64,000 bases of DNA from the IMG/VR virus record IMGVR_UViG_3300042691_031247; one strand, given 5' to 3'. The position numbers and the translations under genes are program-made. This document shows positions 26,337 to 34,700 of this stretch, in pieces. Numbering within the stretch: position 1 is the stretch's first letter; every line of letters begins with the position of its first letter. This DNA comes from a virus. Its lineage: Duplodnaviria; Caudoviricetes. The notes beneath the pieces are model-generated. The model was not told the DNA's origin. It did not search any database and saw only the letters and a program-made list of their open reading frames with translations.

Positions 26337-27008
26337 TCATGATGTGGCTGAACCTTGTAACATTTTTACGACATACTCCGTGTTGCCGTTTTTAAGGTCC
26401 AGTGCGGCCATTTGTTTAATAAGTAAATCTGTCTTTAATCGAATTGACTGGTTGATATCTTCTGTCTTTCCGGCTTCCAAGTCGTAGACCGCGTTAAACA
26501 TCGCCGGGTCATCAGAGAAGTCTGTAATGTTGGGGCTGACCCGCGCGGCTCGGAGCGCGATGCGCAGGATGTCGGGGGCGTTGATGATCCCCTCGCTATC
26601 CAGCACGGCGCCAACGTAGCCGCGCACTTCGTCCGTAAACGGTTCTTTGTCGTCGTCTTCTGGCGGGCTGATGAGCAGGGCTTCGGTAATACCCCACGCG
26701 ACCTCTTCGGCGTCCGCGGGGTCCCACATATCGGGGCGGTATGTGTCGCCGCCCAGCACGTTGCAGAACGTCACGAAGTCAGGCAGGCTTTTGAAAAACT
26801 TGTCGGTCGTGAGGATCTGAATCGCGACTAGCAGCTTGTCGAGCGCCAGTTGGGGTAGCTCGACGTCGAACTCCTCTTCGATTTCGAGGGTGATCGTCGC
26901 CGGATCCCAGTCCAGCGCTTCAATGCCAAACTTATCCAGAAACAGGGTCAGTAGGACGCTCGCAAACGTCTCCCTGCTTTTCCAAGCTTCCTGCGCTATT
27001 GTCGACAT
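26337..27008 (-). CDS. Conserved acidic hypothetical protein (LDWDPATITLEIEEEF)
   Basis: Start moved to ATG 27008 (AGGA SD); high GC3. Confidence 0.7.
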   Translation of the reverse strand: MSTIAQEAWKSRETFASVLLTLFLDKFGIEALDWDPATITLEIEEEFDVELPQLALDKLLVAIQILTTDKFFKSLPDFVTFCNVLGGDTYRPDMWDPADAEEVAWGITEALLISPPEDDDKEPFTDEVRGYVGAVLDSEGIINAPDILRIALRAARVSPNITDFSDDPAMFNAVYDLEAGKTEDINQSIRLKTDLLIKQMAALDLKNGNTEYVVKMLQGSATS

Positions 27009-27465
27009 TGAGGCCATTCCTGCTCTTGATGATCTGCACGCCCCGGCGGTACAGCTCGCATAGATTATACGCGATCGTCTCCAGTGGCGGCCTAGGTAGC
27101 TGGGCAAGAGGCTCGCCCGCGTCGAGCGACACCCAGCCGGGAGCCCCGGTCCACGTGGCGTACCGCCCGTCGGCAAAAGCGAGTGTCTGACCGCAGCCGC
27201 TTGTAATTGCGTCGGCGTCAAGCTCAAGCTCTTCTTGCGTTCGCCGCATCATTTCGCTGACCAGCAAGCGCTGCTCGCTGGATAGGAACTGGAGATTTTC
27301 TAGCATGTCGGCGAGCAGCAGATAGAACACCGCCTCTTTGTCCACGTAGTCGCTGCCGGCGGCAAATCCGCGCTGTAAAACCGCGGTGAATACGCTGCGA
27401 ATTTGCAACTTGCTAAGTTTTATGACGCGCATTACCATATCAAGCGTCAGGTCTGTTTCTTCCAT
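26932..27465 (-). CDS. Hypothetical protein
   Basis: Start most likely ATG 27465; 77-nt overlap with the downstream gene. Confidence 0.55.
   Translation of the reverse strand: MEETDLTLDMVMRVIKLSKLQIRSVFTAVLQRGFAAGSDYVDKEAVFYLLLADMLENLQFLSSEQRLLVSEMMRRTQEELELDADAITSGCGQTLAFADGRYATWTGAPGWVSLDAGEPLAQLPRPPLETIAYNLCELYRRGVQIIKSRNGLNVDNSAGSLEKQGDVCERPTDPVSG
27410..27438 (+). promoter_or_regulatory. Candidate sigma70 promoter TTGCTA-N17-TACCAT for 27476..27754, lying inside the opposite-strand gene
   Basis: Hexamers at 27410-27415 and 27433-27438 with an exact 17-nt spacer. Confidence 0.5.
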
Positions 27466-27475
27466 GGAGGTATTT

Positions 27476-27754
27476 ATGTCCGTTTCCATCATTGACAACC
27501 TTTCTAATATCACTCAGGGCCGCGCCGAGATCATCGTGAGCGCTGATGGTATCGAGGAACTGCTGGCTGCCGCAACCTCGAACATGGTGCTGCAGAAGGC
27601 TGCGGAAGCTGGGTTGCATCGTCCGGGCGTGTCGAACGCCAGCGGCCCGTACCCGGTTGACGCCGACGGCAAAACAGACGACGAGCTGATGATGGGCAAG
27701 CGCGGCCCCGTCGTCGGTTATCGCCGAGATTTTGTTATCTTGGCGTCGCTTTGA
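27476..27754 (+). CDS. Small hypothetical protein, probably highly expressed
   Basis: GGAGGT SD at 27466-27471, high GC3. Confidence 0.75.
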   Translation: MSVSIIDNLSNITQGRAEIIVSADGIEELLAAATSNMVLQKAAEAGLHRPGVSNASGPYPVDADGKTDDELMMGKRGPVVGYRRDFVILASL

Positions 27755-28084
27755 TCAGGCGTCGTCTGGTCGGCTGACAATAAGCATATTCGTGGGCTTT
27801 CCGTAATCAAATGAGATAACGGCAAAGCACACGGGCGTCCTGCAGTCGATATCGAGCTTCTTCGTCGCGGCGTATCCGACGCGGAAGCTCGTTGTCTTTG
27901 CCGCTTTGATCGCGGCTGCTTTTGTCTTGAATAAACCGACCGGCACGTCGTCCATCGTGTGGCGCCAGACGACAAGGTGACCGGTTAGGCCCGGCACGAC
28001 CTCTGTGCCTTTTGGTTTGCGCAGCAGTTTATTCGCACCCGAGGCGCGCGGAGCGCGCCTCTTCTTTTGCGTTTTTGTTTTCAT
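27755..28084 (-). CDS. Basic hypothetical protein
   Basis: 109-aa ORF; GAGGA SD; stop abuts the plus-strand gene stop. Confidence 0.65.
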   Translation of the reverse strand: MKTKTQKKRRAPRASGANKLLRKPKGTEVVPGLTGHLVVWRHTMDDVPVGLFKTKAAAIKAAKTTSFRVGYAATKKLDIDCRTPVCFAVISFDYGKPTNMLIVSRPDDA

Positions 28085-28560
28085 TCCTCTACTCCAAACT
28101 TGTCGATATGCGCCAGTCTGGCGCAGTAGAACTCAGCCACAAGCCCGGCTACGTTGCCGAACCGTTTGACCATATCTGGAACTACCTGCTCGTTAAACAC
28201 GCGCAGGATAACTTTCCGAAACTTGGCGATGGCTTCTTTTGTGTAACCCTCTTCTCTCGCTTTTTCGGCGGCTTTGCGAATGTCTGCATTGCCGTCAAAC
28301 TGCAGTTGAAGATAAGCCGGGTTTACAAACTCAATGATGTGACCATAGACCTGCCGAACCTCGTAGGTGCACGGCACGTCAAATACACCGGGGCCGGGCC
28401 AGCGTTCACCGTTGACCGCGTCTTTTGACAGATACCGCAGCTTTCCCAGCGTCCAACCGAATGCCGCTGCATCATCATTCGGTTCAGCCATGACGAAGGC
28501 TGGTTTTGGCGCTGGCGGTTGTTTGTCAAGTTTTGTTGCAGATTTACTTTTACGCGCCAT
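28081..28560 (-). CDS. Hypothetical protein
   Basis: 159-aa ORF. Confidence 0.65.
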   Translation of the reverse strand: MARKSKSATKLDKQPPAPKPAFVMAEPNDDAAAFGWTLGKLRYLSKDAVNGERWPGPGVFDVPCTYEVRQVYGHIIEFVNPAYLQLQFDGNADIRKAAEKAREEGYTKEAIAKFRKVILRVFNEQVVPDMVKRFGNVAGLVAEFYCARLAHIDKFGVEE

Positions 28561-28598
28561 GATTCACAATAGCTAAGGAAAATTGGGACAGTTTTAAA

Positions 28599-28671
28599 TT
28601 CTGACCGTGTAGCCGGGAGTCACATCAGCCGTCATAAGACGATTAGATGTGTCCCGACTACACAGTCAGAA
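28599..28671 (-). ncRNA. Long intergenic hairpin (about 30 bp), candidate structured RNA or processing site
   Basis: Minus strand TTCTGACTGTGTAGTCGGGA-CACATC...GATGTG(AC)TCCCGGCTACACGGTCAGAA; outer-stem mismatches are G.U on this strand. Confidence 0.5.
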
Positions 28672-28682
28672 CACGCCGAAGA

Positions 28683-29057
28683 TCAATCTCCGGCGGTGCA
28701 AGCAAGGTACGCATGGTAGCGCGCTAATTCCTCAATGTTAGGATCAACCTCTCTAAAGATTGGCTCATCATCCATAGTAGCCAGCTCACCACGAAAGAGC
28801 GCGGTCGTATACTCGTGATACATCCGAGCCATATCACCGCGCAGTTTCTTCTTGGTGAATTTAAGCACGCGCTCCTTCAAAAAGGCGGCGCGTTCCCAGA
28901 AGTTCGGAATCACATCAAGCTGGTCCCGAAACTTCTCTGCAGTTCTCTCGAAAAGCTTATGCGCCTTATCAGGTACAATCTGAAATTGAGGCGCGGTCTT
29001 TTTGCATCGAGCGGTAACTGCAAGGCGGATCTGCTCCGCCGGGTCCGAAAGAAGCAT
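28683..29057 (-). CDS. Hypothetical protein
   Basis: 124-aa ORF; GGAG upstream. Confidence 0.6.
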   Translation of the reverse strand: MLLSDPAEQIRLAVTARCKKTAPQFQIVPDKAHKLFERTAEKFRDQLDVIPNFWERAAFLKERVLKFTKKKLRGDMARMYHEYTTALFRGELATMDDEPIFREVDPNIEELARYHAYLACTAGD

Positions 29058-29224
29058 GCGTTAACTCCGTTGTAACGCGGTAGAAAAGAGCTGCTGATAC
29101 TGCACAGCAGCAACATTAAATATGCCGCGATTTTGGCAGAAATTTAGCTGCCGTTCGGCGTTCGCGAATTGCGAAAGTGCCTGTTATTACAGGACTTACG
29201 GCGCGGTATAGCGTGTTCTGGAAA

Positions 29225-29317
29225 ATGGAAAATGCAACCGCCGCCCCGCGCTGCCTAAGAGCGTGAAGCCCGTGGGTTACGTGGCACGTAACCCGTCAGC
29301 AGACCGCAGGGCGGCGG
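29225..29317 (-). ncRNA. Three-way-junction RNA followed by a U-rich tail (structured terminator or ncRNA)
   Basis: Closing stem CCGCCGCCCTGCG/CGCGGGGCGGCGG plus CTGC/GCAG, 9-bp hairpin GGGTTACGT/ACGTAACCC, 4-bp hairpin, then TTGCATTTTCCATTTT. Confidence 0.5.
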
Positions 29318-29347
29318 AAGATCGCAGCCTACGCGTGGCAGGTGCGG

Positions 29348-29650
29348 CTAGAAGGTCAGCTGCACAACTTGGCCGCCGGAGTTCACGTAGATCACGCGAA
29401 CCGTTTTGGCGTCCAGCAGCGACTTGAGCTGTGTCTTTTTTTCACTGCTCATGCCGGCAAGACAAGATTTAATTTGCGCCATGGCGTTGCGACGCTTTTC
29501 TTGTTTCTTTTGCGCGCACGCACTGCACCCGCCGCCCGAAGACTTGAGCACGTCCCGCTTGTTGTAAAAACAGGGGATGGACTCGGCGTACGCCGGGTCG
29601 TTCAGTAATGATATTATTGTGCTGTCTTCTAGCACTACCATGTCGCGCAT
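29348..29650 (-). CDS. Small CxxC protein (GGGCSAC), last gene of the tail operon
   Basis: Start moved to ATG 29650 (GAGGT SD). Confidence 0.7.
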   Translation of the reverse strand: MRDMVVLEDSTIISLLNDPAYAESIPCFYNKRDVLKSSGGGCSACAQKKQEKRRNAMAQIKSCLAGMSSEKKTQLKSLLDAKTVRVIYVNSGGQVVQLTF

Positions 29651-29657
29651 ATAGACC

Positions 29658-30188
29658 TCACGGAGGCGGAGCTTGCACGGGCGGACTACCGATCCACATC
29701 TCGCCGCCCGGAAGCAGGTCGTCCGAGATGTCGAGCGTGTCTTTGAGACGCTGCACGTCTTCAACGACGTCTTCGATAAAAGCTTTGACTTCGGCCCGGG
29801 AGCGCAGCAGGACGTCGACATAGTTCAGACGAAACCACGCCGGCCGGTAATTCGGAATCGGGTCATCTTCTGGATACTCTTCTAAATCAGTCGGCGAGCA
29901 TACGTGATCAAATGCGCCCACTCGTTCGTTTGCGCCGGGCTTTAGCGGCAACATTTGGTACGCAAAGATCTTGGTTGGCATTTGCGTCGCGTTGCTGGCC
30001 GTGATGCGCACCCGAATACCGTCAGTGGTCTCAAAGTTGTACCGGCTGACTTGCCACGTAAGTTTGACGTTACGGGCGCTACCAGAGGGTGGCGGCGGGT
30101 CAACGTCGGGCAAATAGAAGTTTAAGCCCAGCGTATCCGGCAGCTCGATGATCCCTTCGTTTGGTCCGGGTGAGCAGCAGTCTGTCAT
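29658..30188 (-). CDS. Hypothetical Pro-rich protein, probably structural
   Basis: In the tail operon; begins MTDCC. Confidence 0.7.
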   Translation of the reverse strand: MTDCCSPGPNEGIIELPDTLGLNFYLPDVDPPPPSGSARNVKLTWQVSRYNFETTDGIRVRITASNATQMPTKIFAYQMLPLKPGANERVGAFDHVCSPTDLEEYPEDDPIPNYRPAWFRLNYVDVLLRSRAEVKAFIEDVVEDVQRLKDTLDISDDLLPGGEMWIGSPPVQAPPP

Positions 30189-30189
30189 G

Positions 30190-30468
30190 TTATTCTTGCT
30201 CCGGTAATACGCGGCCTGTGATGTTGACGGGGCCGGGTGTAGTCGAGCGCACGTAAGCCAGCGCTAAACCGTCGTTATCCGTCGGGCCGGGTTGTGTAAT
30301 TTCTACGGTTTCTACGTCGGCCATAATCTCGACCTGTCGTCCGGCAACGGGCCGATCGCAGGCGTCGCGGAGCCGAATTTTGACGACCGCTGCTTTTGAG
30401 CCGTCCGCGAGAACCTGCGGCTTGGACCCGTACAGCAGTTTTGAATGTTCAGGGCTGACGTAACTCAT
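30190..30468 (-). CDS. Stand-alone bacterial Ig-like (Big_1/invasin-type) domain protein
   Basis: ADG...A.V...L.D....PV.G..V...TD.DG.A...V.ST.PG...ITG pattern. Confidence 0.75.
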   Translation of the reverse strand: MSYVSPEHSKLLYGSKPQVLADGSKAAVVKIRLRDACDRPVAGRQVEIMADVETVEITQPGPTDNDGLALAYVRSTTPGPVNITGRVLPEQE

Positions 30469-30833
30469 GGATACGCGTATCTCTGCGGCGTGTCACCATT
30501 CGGCGGTGCGTAATATATTGTAACCCCGGTCGTCTCAATATTCGGCGTCTTGGCGACAAACTGAATAAACTGGCGCATTACATCGCCGTCACTCTCTTTT
30601 GACGCGTTTAAACTATCAACAAACGCCTGCACGCACGGCGACAGCACATTGTTATCAGCCCGGCACCGGCACCCACGCTCTTTGGCCGATTTTTCATAGG
30701 CGTCGTGGCAGGCGTTAAACTGCTCTTTCAGTGGCAGCATTCCGGGGACGGCGTTAAAAAAGTCATCCTGCCGGCCAAACTGCATTATGTTATCTCGGCT
30801 GATCGAGATCATGCGCGTAATGCGCTGCGTCAT
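30465..30833 (-). CDS. Small Cys-containing protein (RGCRC), possible distant paralogue of 29348..29650
   Basis: Similar size and GC-x-C motif position. Confidence 0.65.
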   Translation of the reverse strand: MTQRITRMISISRDNIMQFGRQDDFFNAVPGMLPLKEQFNACHDAYEKSAKERGCRCRADNNVLSPCVQAFVDSLNASKESDGDVMRQFIQFVAKTPNIETTGVTIYYAPPNGDTPQRYAYP

Positions 30834-30886
30834 AGCAATACCCTCACGAGTTACGGTCGAATTCTAATCGGCGTAACGAGATTGCG

Positions 30887-31789
30887 CTACGATTGCGCAG
30901 CCGCTTTTACCGCGGCACGTAATGTTGCGTTTGTTTGCAGCTCAGAGAGAAGCTGTGCGAGCGTTAATTCACCCTGCGGCCCGGTTGGTCCGGTAGCGCC
31001 CATGTTGCCGCACGGCCCTGTGGCGCCCGCCACGCCGACGCCTGTAGCGCCTGTGGCGCCGCGGGCGCCTGACGGACCTGTTACTCCGCGCGGCCCTGTG
31101 GCGCCCTGTGGTCCTGTAGCGCCCGTATCGCCTCTGGCGCCACGGGCACCAGCCGGCCCCGTTTGCCCGGCCGGCCCCTGAGCGCCTTGCGACCCGGCCG
31201 AGCCTTGCGGTCCGGCTGGGCCGGGAGGTCCGCCTAAGCCTTGCGGCCCCTGCACGCCTTGTGCTCCGCGATCACCTTTTGGTCCGGTCGCGCCGCGGGG
31301 TCCGGTAGGACCTGTAATCCCCGTAGCCCCTGTAGAGCCCCTAGCGCCGTTTGTGCCGTTTATACCGGAGGGACCTGTGGGTCCGGTGGCCCCGCGCAAA
31401 CCAGTGGGTCCTGTGGGCCCTGTGGGCCCCGTAGGGCCTGTAGGACCCGACGCGCCAGTAGGGCCTGTGGTTCCGGTTGCGCCTCGTGCGCCGGTTACAC
31501 CTGTCGGCCCGGTTATCCCTGTGGCCCCGCGCGGGCCGGTCGCGCCTGCGCGGCCAACTGGGCCTGTAGAGCCTGTGGCGCCTTTATCCCCTTTGTCTCC
31601 TTTAGCTCCCTGCGGACCGGCAGGGCCGCGGGCACCGGCAGGCCCTTGTGGTCCAACCGGCCCGGGGTTTCCTTGTGGTCCGGCGGGTCCGGGCGGACAG
31701 ACACCGCAGCCGCCGCCACCCTGCGCCATCGTAGCGCCGTCATACGGGACGAATTCGATGTTGTCGTCGGTGTTTTCTGTGTCTGTCAT
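30887..31789 (-). CDS. Collagen-like (Gly-X-Y) fibre protein
   Basis: Long uninterrupted GXY run between CGVC and a short helical C-terminus ([15 protein letters not shown]). Confidence 0.9.
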   Translation of the reverse strand: MTDTENTDDNIEFVPYDGATMAQGGGGCGVCPPGPAGPQGNPGPVGPQGPAGARGPAGPQGAKGDKGDKGATGSTGPVGRAGATGPRGATGITGPTGVTGARGATGTTGPTGASGPTGPTGPTGPTGPTGLRGATGPTGPSGINGTNGARGSTGATGITGPTGPRGATGPKGDRGAQGVQGPQGLGGPPGPAGPQGSAGSQGAQGPAGQTGPAGARGARGDTGATGPQGATGPRGVTGPSGARGATGATGVGVAGATGPCGNMGATGPTGPQGELTLAQLLSELQTNATLRAAVKAAAQS

Positions 31790-31791
31790 GT

Positions 31792-34700
31792 TTAACTATC
31801 TAAAATGGCGCGAATGGTGTTGCGCAAATTTGTGTTGTTATTCAACTGCGCAATTAATTCGTTGAGGAATGCGCCAGATTTTACAATTTCAGCCACGTTG
31901 ATTGTTATGCTGCCGTCAATGGTTGAGGTCGTGGCGGTAATTGTCCCGCTTCCGACGGCGGCGGGCGTAAACGTAATTATACCGCCAGCGGGTATAACTC
32001 CGGTGGCGCCTTGCGGTCCGGTCGCGCCTGTAGCGCCTGTGTTGCCGCACGGCCCTGTAGCGCCCACGGGACCTGTTTGACCGACAGCGCCGGTCTGGCC
32101 TGTAACACCGGTCGGGCCTCTGGCGCCGGTTGCTCCCACTGGGCCAACAAGTCCTGTCGCGCCAGTCGCGCCGCGCGGACCAACTTGCCCTTGCGGGCCT
32201 GTCTGTCCGATTAAACCAGCCGGGCCTGTGACGCCCGTCGCGCCGCGTGGTCCCACCGCGCCGGCTTGTCCAGTAGCGCCTGCTGGTCCAATTGGTCCGG
32301 TCGCGCCTGTGGCGCCCTTGTCGCCTTTGACGCCAGAAACGCCGCGGGGTCCCGCTGCGCCCGCCGGTCCGACTGGACCCGTGGCGCCGGTCGCGCCTGT
32401 AACGCCCGTAGCGCCCGTTGCGCCTTTCGCTCCGGTTGAGCCGGTCACGCCAGTCGCGCCGCGCGGACCAACCGGGCCAGTAGCGCCGGTCGCTCCTGTT
32501 GCGCCAGTAGCACCTGTTGCGCCAGTGACACCTGTTGCGCCGCGCGGTCCGGTCGGACCTGTCGGACCTGTTACACCAATCGGTCCGCTAGGTCCTGTAA
32601 CGCCGCGATCACCTTTATCGCCTTTTGCGCCGTTGGCGCCGGCAGTACCTGCGACGCCGGTCGCGCCGCGCAAGCCGGTTACACCTTGGTCACCTTTGTC
32701 GCCCTTGTCGCCCTTGTCGCCCTTGTCGCCAGTGCAGCCGGTCGGGCCCATTTCGCCCTGTGGGCCAATAATGCTGAAACCGGGGAGACCCTGAATACCC
32801 TGATCGCCTTTATCGCCCTTGTCTCCCTTGTCGCCCTTGTCGCCTTTAAGTCCGCGCTCGCCGGGTAAACCCGGGAGGCCCATAAAGCCTTGTGGTCCGC
32901 GGGCGCCGGGAACCCCCTGATCTCCTTTATCGCCCTTGTCTCCCTTGTCGCCCTTGTCGCCTTTATCGCCTTTAGCTCCTTGATTGCCCGTGTCGCCTTT
33001 ATCGCCTTTAGCTCCTTGAGCGCCCGGTCCGCCGGTTGGGCCTTGCGGCCCCGGCGGACCGGGTACGCAACTACCACCACCACCACCGGCGCCACTGCCA
33101 GACGGGCATGTAGTGGTGTTTAAATTGATATCAATGTTGAGCTGGTCGCCATCGACAGTAACTGTACCGCTACCCAAACCAGACGGGTAAATGGTCACCG
33201 TGCCGCCGGCAATTTCGCATCTGGGAATCCACAGGTATGGTTCGAGTTTAAATTTGCAATCGCCGAGATCTGTAACCAAGATCTCCGCTCGCGGCTCCTC
33301 ATCACACCCGACAATCAACGCGCGACCTACGCTACCCTCGATTTGCGTCTGGCAAACCGGTACGCCAATGCTGATGTTCAGGTCATAAGAACACTGTGGC
33401 GGCTCATCTGGCGAGCCGCCGGGAGTAACGGTCGGCGTGACGTAACCGTTACCGTACAGATACGATGACTGCACAACGTCTACGTTTAACGTAATAGTCG
33501 GGCAGGGCGGCGGGGGGCATTTTGGAATCCACAAATACGGCGTTAATTTAAACTCGCAAAGATCTAGCTGCTCGACCAAAATCTCGGCGCGGGGCTCAAT
33601 GCCGCAACCGGTTAATACCATGCCTTCGCCGCCCTGAATTTTTGTCAGACACGGTTTCGGTATCCCGAGGTATAGCGGCAGTACAACTTCGCAGTAATAG
33701 CCGGGATCAAAGTTAAAGATTGGCGCGCCGGAGAACGCATACGGGTCTGCTTGCGGCGGCAGAGTCTGCATATCAACAATTAGTGAAACTATTGTGCATG
33801 GTGGTTTCGGAATTTGAATGAATAGGTCAAACTCAACTTCGTAGCAACAGACTGGTGGCTCGTTGGTGCCGCGTTTTTCGTCATACTCGGGGCACTTTTT
33901 GATCTCAAACGAAAATTTTGGTGCAACGTCATAACCAACTTCGTGGTCTGTGCGTTTAACGCGTACTTCGGTGCACGGCGGCCGAGGCGTCGGAATGTCG
34001 ATGTGGATGTCGAATAAAAAGTTGCATGAGCCCGGGTCGTTACATGTTGCCGGCGTTGACACGGCAAGCAAGTTAAAAAAGCTGGGCGTATTATTGAGCC
34101 GACCAGCCGGGCCGTCTTTATAGTGGCTGTTGACCGTTAAAAAGCGCGAGAGAATCGGGCAGCGCGGCCGAGGAATCGGGACGAAGATTTCAATTTCAAT
34201 TTCAAAGTCGCAGCGTTCCGGCTGATCGCACCCGGCTGCGGGTGTGATTGTTTTGATAATCTCAAACCGCGACTGCCCGTCTGCGCAACCGGTACCAGCA
34301 AAACCGGTTTTGACAGTAAACAGTTTTTTAGTTAGGTCGATGCACGGCGGCGGCGGGATTGGGATAACAATCTCTAACTCGATATCAAAATCACACGTGT
34401 CTGGTGTGGTGCAGTCGCCCGGCGTCACGCGCGGTGTAATTTCAAACCGATTTGACTTGCCTTGTACGCACGGAGAATCACTAAAACCTGTGGATACTTC
34501 AAATTTTGTGACGTTAAGGTTTGGACACGGCGGCTTGGGAATAGGAATATCGATCGTCAAATCGATATTGAATTCGCACTGATCTGGGTTGTTGCAGTCG
34601 CCGGGGACATGGCTTGTGGTGATTTCAAACTTGGATGTGCCCGTAGAGCAATTTTGCTCGTCGTAATGTACGGATACTTCAAACGTCCGCGCGTTGATGA

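Noticed and set aside
26337-27227. Long 5' extensions in the ORF track (for example 26337..27227, 1269..1988, 5214..5798, 11924..12376, 18640..19104, 29348..29821)
   Set aside because: They overlap upstream genes extensively, and internal ATGs have better SDs or couple to the upstream stop
31241-33123. Plus-strand ORFs made of PVAP/PVGP repeats (31353..31865, 32228..32794 and others)
   Set aside because: They are the antisense shadow of Gly-X-Y codons; they have no SD and the minus-strand collagen genes explain them
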